From positions 32,001 to 96,000 of IMG/VR virus record IMGVR_UViG_3300013286_000725: 64,000 nt of DNA. One strand, 5' to 3'. A program made the position numbers and the translations under genes. Positions 57,173 through 64,000 of this stretch are shown here, piece after piece. The notes beneath the pieces are model-generated. The model was not told the DNA's origin. It made no database searches and was given only the letters and a program-made list of their open reading frames with translations. The DNA comes from a virus. How positions within the stretch are numbered: position 1 is the stretch's first letter; every line of letters starts with the position of its first letter.

Positions 57173-58903
57173 TTAAGTCTCCGAATCAGCTGCGGGCGGG
57201 GGTGTTCGTTTAAATGTATCAATTGATGTAGAGTATTCTTTGTAATATTTTGAAAGTGTTAGATCGCCGGAAACTTCCCTGTCAAGTTTGCTAATTTTTA
57301 AATTAACCGGGTCAAGGTTCTCGTGATATGGAAAAGGTTCGTGAGTGGTTAATCGTTTCATTATACTAGTTATCGGAGTATCTGTAAATTTATATTCAAA
57401 AACTTTGGCGGCAGAATCTTTTACAGTGATATCTTTAACATTAAATGTTTTTAATGCTTTAGGAATATCTGCTTTAGCAGCAGTGGCTGCGGCAGGACCA
57501 TTCATATCAATCCTATCAGCAGTTTCAATATGGTTTCCACCGCTTTTAATATTAGTAGCACCTCCTGCTGTAAAATTATTATGCCCTGTAGAATTTAAAT
57601 CTAAATCAGCTTTAGTAGTAAACTTGGTATTTTTTCCAATAGTAACATCGAGGTTGCCGTCTTTGGCTAAACCTGTTTGTATTTTTCCGTCGGATCCAAC
57701 AATTAAATTGTATTTGAAGGCTGATTCTATTTGTATTCTTCCACTATCATAACCGTTTTTATCTGTATCTTTTGCCGAACTATAATCCGCAGTAGCTTTC
57801 ATATTGATATTACGGCCTGCTTCAAAATTAATATCTCGGTCTGCACGAATATTTAGATCAGCTTTGGTACGCATGGTAATACTGTCTTCTGAGTAGATGT
57901 CAATTTTTCCATCGCTGGATAGTTCTACCCATGCAGTCCCCCTGCTGTTGGTAATATAAATCAAATCTTCACTGTTGTGCAATACAATTTGGTGGCCTGT
58001 TCTAGTTTTTATTCTAACCAATTCGTTATGCGGGCGAGTTTGATCGCCTGTAGGAGTTGACCCTTTGGGCAATTGCTCAAGTGCTTCGTACTCTGGCGGT
58101 CCGGCGGTTGGTGCTTTCATTCTTATAAACTTATCATCGCCATCATCCATAACAAATGAACTGCCGCCGAGGTGGCTGGTCTTCTTATCAACCTTGCCTT
58201 TATCAGTACCAACTGGATTAACCGGAGCACCATTTTGTTTGTCAAACGGGCCTGGCGTTGAAATGCCAAATACCATGCTAGGAATTTCTCGGCGAGCACT
58301 GCTAGTGGTTATTCCTCGAATGTCATCGTAGATTAATCCTTGATTATTAATTAGTACTTCTTGCGGAGTTGCAGGTTTGGTTACTGCTGATGCATCTAAT
58401 GTACTGCCTCCTGCTTCTTTGTTTAATTCTGCAACCGGAACACGCTCTGCTGTGGTTTTTTTTGTTTCGTCAACATTATAATAAGTAGAAGGATATCCCG
58501 GCAGCATGAAATTCATTTTTTCATCTAGTACACAGCCTATCCAATACAATTCTCGTTGATTGCCTTGAGCATAGACTACCATTACTTTTGTGCCCACATC
58601 TGGCGGGATCATCCACATACCATATGACTTTTGTGTATTGTCATAGGTGTCGGTGCTAGGGTCATCAGGGTTGCCGGTGACAAATTTGGCGCTGGTAACT
58701 CCGTAAAACGGACTACAATAAGATGCTAGGTGTACTTGGCCGTCGGCATTTTCGGCTCCGCCTGATTCTCTTAATAGTTGCACTTGAAGTTTACCCATGT
58801 AACTTTTATCAAGATGCCCAACAACTTTAGCTATGAACGGGCCATCATTAGGTTTTTGGCCTGCTGGCGCGGAGTTTCTTGAATCTTCGTTTTGATCACT
58901 CAT
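57173..58903 (-). CDS. baseplate central spike (gp5/VgrG-like)
   Basis: OB-fold D-x-x-YMGKLQV...PPDVGTKVMV; TRTGHQI; beta-helix repeats; IDMNG. Confidence 0.8.
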   Translation of the reverse strand: MSDQNEDSRNSAPAGQKPNDGPFIAKVVGHLDKSYMGKLQVQLLRESGGAENADGQVHLASYCSPFYGVTSAKFVTGNPDDPSTDTYDNTQKSYGMWMIPPDVGTKVMVVYAQGNQRELYWIGCVLDEKMNFMLPGYPSTYYNVDETKKTTAERVPVAELNKEAGGSTLDASAVTKPATPQEVLINNQGLIYDDIRGITTSSARREIPSMVFGISTPGPFDKQNGAPVNPVGTDKGKVDKKTSHLGGSSFVMDDGDDKFIRMKAPTAGPPEYEALEQLPKGSTPTGDQTRPHNELVRIKTRTGHQIVLHNSEDLIYITNSRGTAWVELSSDGKIDIYSEDSITMRTKADLNIRADRDINFEAGRNINMKATADYSSAKDTDKNGYDSGRIQIESAFKYNLIVGSDGKIQTGLAKDGNLDVTIGKNTKFTTKADLDLNSTGHNNFTAGGATNIKSGGNHIETADRIDMNGPAAATAAKADIPKALKTFNVKDITVKDSAAKVFEYKFTDTPITSIMKRLTTHEPFPYHENLDPVNLKISKLDREVSGDLTLSKYYKEYSTSIDTFKRTPPPAADSET

Positions 58904-58911
58904 AATTTACC

Positions 58912-61392
58912 TTAATCTGTTACGGGGGTTGACGACACTACATTTCCATCGTTATCATAAGTGATACTACTACCATCATCAAATTTTTGCGTGTGTGATT
59001 GCGCTGCAGCGTCAGCTGGAGTATTAGCTTGCGGAATAACTTTGTCAGCAGCAGTGACCATAGGGACCGGTTTACCAGTTGCTTTAGTTGGGTCAACTGT
59101 TTGTCCTGGCAATCTAATCATTTTTAATATTTGAGTAAATTTGCCTCTACTAAAATTGCTGTCTACTTGATTAACTTTAAACAATCCACTAAATTCATTA
59201 ACTAATTCCGTTGGTCCAAAAGTATATGCACTTTTGCTAACATCAATATCTATAGGAGTTCGAAAATTAACTATAATCATAACTTCGCCTGACTGATAAT
59301 TTATTGCGCCGTCATTGTTCAGTTGTTCGTATTGAGTTGCCTTGGCTGTATAGTTACCCATACCACTATCACCAAGATAGTAAGGATCACCTAAAATAGT
59401 CATAGTGGTGTTGACCATATCAACTGCATTATTAACTACATTTTTTTGAAACTGTCTAGCTGCCATAGTATCAGGAGTGTCGCGACTACCTCCGCCTACT
59501 CCTGTATCAGTTTTTGTAGAATCGGATCTAACTTCTGTTGGCAAGTTGCCTGTTGAAGCAGTAGCTGCTCCAGCAGTAGGGGGCTCTGATCTTTCAACTG
59601 TAGCAGGAATAGCCGAGCCATCGTCTTTGGCTGTTACAGTGCCTTGGTTATTCTTTGCGGCATCTTGAGCTAAGGAAGTATAGAAAGTATTTTTAAAATT
59701 AATATCAAAACTTAATATATCTAGATTTTTTGATGTATAGATATAATTATATTCTTTAATAACTTGCGCCTTAGCTTTTTCAGTTTTTGGGTTAGTAGTA
59801 TTTGGTGGCATAAATCTACTAGCATCAATAAAATAAGGGACTACTCTATAGACAATTAACTTAGGTAGTGTTCCTGTTTTGGCTAAATTATCTTCGGAAG
59901 GAATAGTGTAAACCTGTGCTTCAACTCTCCACCAAGGTATTCTTCCTGTTTCGGTTTGTTGTACTTCAGTTAATGCTTGACGACCGTAGTCGCTCATTAA
60001 AATAGTTTGGTTAATTGCATTAATAATATCAGTGCCTTGGGTGAATTTCATTACCCCTTTTGTTGGGTCAATGCTAATATTTCCCCTAGTGTAAGTGTTT
60101 GTTTCTTTATTATAAACTGCATTGTCTGCGGCAAAAGGAGGATCGCCCGGGCGGTACAGATCAAATCCCATGCTAGCTCGACCAATAGCATTAACAGTAG
60201 TATCAGAAACTTCTTGTACTAGTACTTGATTTGCTCCGACACTAACACCTAATTTACTATATAATCCGTTTGCTCCCGAACTAGCACTACCGGCACTTGG
60301 GTCTTTGGTTGCTCCTGCATCATCATTATTGGTTGCACTACCTGCACTACTGGCTATGTCGGCTGGGAATAGTATTAGCATTTGATCAGGTACTTTGACT
60401 ATTCCGTCGTTTTTTTGTTTTTGGAGTCGTTTATTCAACTCAACTTCTAGACTGTTTTCTCCAGTTTGTAACATTTCAACTACAGTTTTACCTGAAATTG
60501 AAATATCTGTTTTTAAATCTAAGTAACTACTAGAAAACCCTTTTTCGTTCCAAGGGAACGCTTCACAATCATATTCGGCACCTCGCCCGGTAACGCTCAT
60601 GTTTAGTGTTCGTAACTTTAACGGAAAATGTTTGGTTGTTTTTTCAGGAGTGATCGATCCGGCATCAATTCCTTGTACAATTGAACTCAGGTGTCCTTTA
60701 AATTCTAAAGTTAGCAATAACGGTACATCAAGATAATTTTTATAGCCTGCATTTTTTGCGGCAATCTGTAATGCCTGGAAGAACAGACCCATACTATAAG
60801 GTTCTATAATTTTAAATTTGAATCCGGCGGCATTGGTGTTGCCGGTACTCTTATCAAAACCAATAACACTGTTGATGCTGACATTGTCAATAAAAAATTC
60901 AAACTTACCGTAAGCAGTTTGTACACGATTATCCGGATCGCCGCTGCCATCTTTTAAAATAATTTGTCCAAGGTCGCCTTTCTTGTAAGTGTCGTCGGGG
61001 AAATTAATTGATGCAGGGTCAAGAACACTTAATGTCCAAATATAATTATAGCTGGCAAAGTTGTGCAAGACATTGGGTATCCTAGTACTTGGTTCACCGG
61101 TTACTGGATCATACCCCGGGATAGGAATATTTACTGCACCACTAGCTTTACCTATTGATGATGCAATGTTTCCTAAGTTAATTATACTTTGAGCGGCCTG
61201 TGTGGCTGCTGATAGTCCCGGAACTTTACTTAATAAATTTGAGCCAATGTTACTTAGACCGGCACCTGCTAGATTTTGAATATTTTTTGCCGCAGCTGTA
61301 ATATTGTTTAAGTTACTGGCTAATCCAGTGTTTCTAACAACCGTATTGACTGCTCCGGTTAATGCAGTTGTCGCTTGGTCTAGCAGGCCCAT
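58912..61392 (-). CDS. putative baseplate hub protein (gp27/GpD-like)
   Basis: Position between gp53-like and gp5-like genes; ILGDPYY and FSGLFKVNQVDSNFSRGKFTQ. Confidence 0.6.
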   Translation of the reverse strand: MGLLDQATTALTGAVNTVVRNTGLASNLNNITAAAKNIQNLAGAGLSNIGSNLLSKVPGLSAATQAAQSIINLGNIASSIGKASGAVNIPIPGYDPVTGEPSTRIPNVLHNFASYNYIWTLSVLDPASINFPDDTYKKGDLGQIILKDGSGDPDNRVQTAYGKFEFFIDNVSINSVIGFDKSTGNTNAAGFKFKIIEPYSMGLFFQALQIAAKNAGYKNYLDVPLLLTLEFKGHLSSIVQGIDAGSITPEKTTKHFPLKLRTLNMSVTGRGAEYDCEAFPWNEKGFSSSYLDLKTDISISGKTVVEMLQTGENSLEVELNKRLQKQKNDGIVKVPDQMLILFPADIASSAGSATNNDDAGATKDPSAGSASSGANGLYSKLGVSVGANQVLVQEVSDTTVNAIGRASMGFDLYRPGDPPFAADNAVYNKETNTYTRGNISIDPTKGVMKFTQGTDIINAINQTILMSDYGRQALTEVQQTETGRIPWWRVEAQVYTIPSEDNLAKTGTLPKLIVYRVVPYFIDASRFMPPNTTNPKTEKAKAQVIKEYNYIYTSKNLDILSFDINFKNTFYTSLAQDAAKNNQGTVTAKDDGSAIPATVERSEPPTAGAATASTGNLPTEVRSDSTKTDTGVGGGSRDTPDTMAARQFQKNVVNNAVDMVNTTMTILGDPYYLGDSGMGNYTAKATQYEQLNNDGAINYQSGEVMIIVNFRTPIDIDVSKSAYTFGPTELVNEFSGLFKVNQVDSNFSRGKFTQILKMIRLPGQTVDPTKATGKPVPMVTAADKVIPQANTPADAAAQSHTQKFDDGSSITYDNDGNVVSSTPVTD

Positions 61393-61394
61393 AA

Positions 61395-61694
61395 TTATAA
61401 TCCTAAAACTTTAAGCAATCCTGCTTTTTGTGAAAGATAAATTTGTGTTCCGGCAACAAAATCAAATACAGGATCTTGCAGTACATCCATATTTCGTTGT
61501 ATGAAAACCCACCATAACTGATGATGTCCGTATAAGTCGTAGGCCAACAAGTCTGGACGATAAGTGTACTGAGGTTCTATAGTATAGATAGCATCGTCTG
61601 ATTGCGCACTAACTGGTCTAATTTTTAAAATGTTTAAATAATTCTGTGTTATAGGAGTGCTGGCCCAAGGACTGGTATTATTGTATGCTGCCAT
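61395..61694 (-). CDS. baseplate wedge protein (gp53-like, LysM)
   Basis: YRPDLLAYDLYG..LWWVF..RN. Confidence 0.85.
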   Translation of the reverse strand: MAAYNNTSPWASTPITQNYLNILKIRPVSAQSDDAIYTIEPQYTYRPDLLAYDLYGHHQLWWVFIQRNMDVLQDPVFDFVAGTQIYLSQKAGLLKVLGL

Positions 61695-62731
61695 TATACA
61701 TATCCTCCAGAACCGTTCATATAATCTCCGTTGACAAATTTTTGTAAACTAAACTGTCTCACAGATTCTCTGCTATAAATTGGTTGTAGCGTTACTGACA
61801 CTGTGCTCTTAGTTGGCACATGAGTACTTGCACTGGTAGATCCTGCACCACTTAATCCGTTGATAAAGTTGGTAACATTGTTAACTGCACTACTCACATT
61901 GGCGGCCGCTCCTAATATTTTGGCAGCACCGCTGGCTCCAACTGCACCGGCTACACCTGCTAGTGTAGTTAATGCACCACCAGTACCTCCGCCGCCTACA
62001 GGATTTCCTGACCCGCTAAATCCTTTTTGTCCAACTGTGGTACCAATATAGTTTGTATCGCTAGGCAACTCTACTGAGAAACTTTTTATTACCACCGGCA
62101 CATTTTTAAAAACAAAATCCCCGTAGCCGTTTAGCGTTAGGATAGGAGGTGGGCTTCCGCTGAATTCACCGCTGTCACCTGTGTACATTTTTGTAGCTGA
62201 TCTTAAAAAGTGTACTACTGCAATCCAATACTGCGCTTGATCTGCAGTCTCACAATAAAATGTTCCGCTAATTGAAAATTCGCTTACTCTTGAATTTTGA
62301 TAAGCAAGGAATTGATAATTTTGATGTGTTAGTACAACATCGTCATAGCTTGCGCTGTTACTGATGCTGATTGTAGGAGTATATGGAAACACCAAACCGT
62401 TAGATGCCATTAGTGGGGCTAGTACTGGACTACTGGAGAAGAAATTATTAGGAATTCCTAATCGTACACGCCAATCGTCTGTGTTTCCTGGTCCAGCAAA
62501 GGCCACTCGAGTGGCGGCAAAGGCCGCGCCACCCCCGCCGGGCAAGTTCATGCTTCGAATTGAGCTAATCAGCGCAGCAGGGTTAGATAAATTATTTAAC
62601 GCAATGCCCAACTTGCTTGCGGCTCCGCCAATATTGCCAGTTGAAATATCGTTTACCAGTCCGGTAGCTGCCGACTGAATATTGTTTACCGCTTGTGTTG
62701 CACCGCTAGCTAATGTATCAAAAATGCCCAT
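61694..62731 (-). CDS. baseplate tail-tube initiator/cap (gp48/gp54-like)
   Basis: FPYTPTI, GSPPPIL, PVVIKSFSV motifs; first gene of the module. Confidence 0.6.
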   Translation of the reverse strand: MGIFDTLASGATQAVNNIQSAATGLVNDISTGNIGGAASKLGIALNNLSNPAALISSIRSMNLPGGGGAAFAATRVAFAGPGNTDDWRVRLGIPNNFFSSSPVLAPLMASNGLVFPYTPTISISNSASYDDVVLTHQNYQFLAYQNSRVSEFSISGTFYCETADQAQYWIAVVHFLRSATKMYTGDSGEFSGSPPPILTLNGYGDFVFKNVPVVIKSFSVELPSDTNYIGTTVGQKGFSGSGNPVGGGGTGGALTTLAGVAGAVGASGAAKILGAAANVSSAVNNVTNFINGLSGAGSTSASTHVPTKSTVSVTLQPIYSRESVRQFSLQKFVNGDYMNGSGGYV

Positions 62732-62750
62732 ATGGACTCCTTAGTCTGTA

Positions 62751-62756
62751 TATTTA
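62751..62756 (-). promoter_or_regulatory. late promoter for the baseplate operon
   Basis: TAAATA followed by AAGGAG RBS and ATG 62731. Confidence 0.6.
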
Positions 62757-62757
62757 G

Positions 62758-62786
62758 TTGACAAAATAAACTGCATAGTTTATAAT
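62758..62786 (+). promoter_or_regulatory. sigma70 promoter for the late sigma gene
   Basis: Perfect TTGACA-N17-TATAAT. Confidence 0.88.
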
Positions 62787-62806
62787 AGTATGAAAATAGG
62801 ACCGTT

Positions 62807-63631
62807 ATGACCAAAGTTAATTACTTAAACAACAAAGATTTATTGGAAGAAATCCACAAAAGCAAGAATACATTTTGCAGTTATGTGCAACCCGAATATC
62901 ACAGATATGATTTAATCTTGCCCAGCGTGGACAAAATCAATATTCGAACTATAGCAGAGGCCAAACGAGCACAGGCCAAACGACTAGGTCAAAAAGACTA
63001 TGAAGCTAGGAAACTGGCAGGGGAAAAAGTCAAACAGGCAGATTGCGAAGTTGATTACAAAAAGATCAACAAGAAAGATTTAATTTTTAGGGTTATGACT
63101 TTTGATCATATTCCGTTAAACAATACTCGAAAAAAGAATCCTAAGAGCATTGCAGATCACAGAGATAAAGTTAACTTTCCACCGTTCCAACATTGGAAAT
63201 TCAATGACGAAGACATTTTAGTATGCGTGGGCAAGAGTCATTGGAAAGGGTCTGTTGAAAAGGGCAAGTTTAACAAAGATCATGGGCAGATTACCAATAC
63301 CCTGGCTCGCATGTATATCAAGCTGTGTGAACGATATGCTACTCGAGGCAATGTGCGTGGATATACCTACAACGACGAAATGAAAGGTCAAGCTATTCTG
63401 CAACTTACACAGATCGGTTTGCAGTTTGACGAATCAAAAAGTGATAATCCGTTTGCATATTTTACTGCCGCAGTTACAAACAGTTTTGTTCGTATCATTA
63501 ATATCGAAAAACGCAATCAGGTTATCCGTGATGACCTGTTAGAAATGAACGGAATGAACCCTTCGTACACTAGGATCGGAGAAGGCGAGCATCAAGCTGC
63601 CTTGAAACGCAATGAGGAAAATGTTGAATGA
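62807..63631 (+). CDS. late transcription sigma factor (T4 gp55-like)
   Basis: NYLNNKDLL; RGYTYNDEM; FDESKSDNPFAYFT...NSFVRII..EK. Confidence 0.88.
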   Translation: MTKVNYLNNKDLLEEIHKSKNTFCSYVQPEYHRYDLILPSVDKINIRTIAEAKRAQAKRLGQKDYEARKLAGEKVKQADCEVDYKKINKKDLIFRVMTFDHIPLNNTRKKNPKSIADHRDKVNFPPFQHWKFNDEDILVCVGKSHWKGSVEKGKFNKDHGQITNTLARMYIKLCERYATRGNVRGYTYNDEMKGQAILQLTQIGLQFDESKSDNPFAYFTAAVTNSFVRIINIEKRNQVIRDDLLEMNGMNPSYTRIGEGEHQAALKRNEENVE

Positions 63632-63638
63632 TTTAACC

Positions 63639-63670
63639 CTAAAGTGTATAAATAAAACTATACACTTTGG
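63639..63670 (+). promoter_or_regulatory. late promoter TATAAATA embedded in a hairpin upstream of the endonuclease
   Basis: AAAGTGTATA-AATAAAAC-TATACACTTT; TATAAATA at 63647-63654. Confidence 0.75.
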
Positions 63671-63678
63671 ATTAAAAT

Positions 63679-64000
63679 ATGTTTATCTATAAAATTATCG
63701 TTAATAATAATGTTTATATAGGACTTGATACTAAACCGTCCTATAAGTTATCACGATGGAAAAAGCATTGTGATGAGGCAACTACAAGATGTAAAACAAA
63801 ATTACATAAGGCTATGAATATGTATGGCATAAAGAATTGTGTAGTTGAAATATTAAAAGATAACTTTAAGTCTATTGGAGAACTTGCGTTATCGGAAATT
63901 GATTACATTAAGCAATACGATTCTTATAAAAACGGACTTAACTCTACTCCAGGTGGAGACGGTTTAGGAAAATACGATTTAACTTTATTATCGCTTGCAG
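63679..64000 (+). mobile_element. GIY-YIG homing endonuclease, 3'-truncated and not in ORF track
   Basis: Hand translation MFIYKIIVNNNVYIG...RWKKH...LHKAMNMYG...SEIDYIKQYDSYKNGLNSTPGG. Confidence 0.85.

Noticed and set aside
1-64000. CRISPR array, tRNA genes, stop-codon reassignment
   Set aside because: No regularly spaced repeats or cloverleafs noticed by eye; long genes are intact under code 11, and TAA, TGA and TAG all terminate genes.

Overview
A 64-kb segment of a large T4-like/jumbo myophage genome (standard genetic code, dense genes, many ATGA/TAATG overlaps). Plus strand, 1-28.8 kb: putative head/internal proteins, a GH19 endolysin, Dps, a DsbA-like protein, a family B DNA polymerase and a probable sliding clamp. 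These are followed by a 7-deazaguanine DNA-modification island (DpdA/TGT-like, QueD-like, FolE, QueE; no QueC in this window) interleaved with a GT-B glycosyltransferase, a cupin, a PRTase, a HIT protein and YccA. RNase H, a MoxR AAA+/VWA-metallopeptidase pair and ThyX come next. Minus strand, 28.9-62.7 kb: a baseplate/tail-fibre module (gp48/54-, gp53-, hub-, gp5-, gp25- and gp6-like genes, a 4360-aa giant protein, three paralogous fibre proteins and a 1975-aa Ig-rich fibre). The window ends with a gp55-like late sigma factor and a truncated GIY-YIG endonuclease. Most notable: (i) a deazaguanine-plus-glycosyltransferase hypermodification cluster whose DpdA shares a C-terminal motif with the DNA polymerase, suggesting clamp-coupled base modification; (ii) a dead 5' gene stub that forms a perfect sigma70 promoter plus a structured leader in front of a glycosyltransferase with a replacement N-terminus; (iii) a pseudoknotted ncRNA candidate after dps; (iv) twin operator-like hairpins before the polymerase. 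All product calls come from motif recognition only; no database searches were run.
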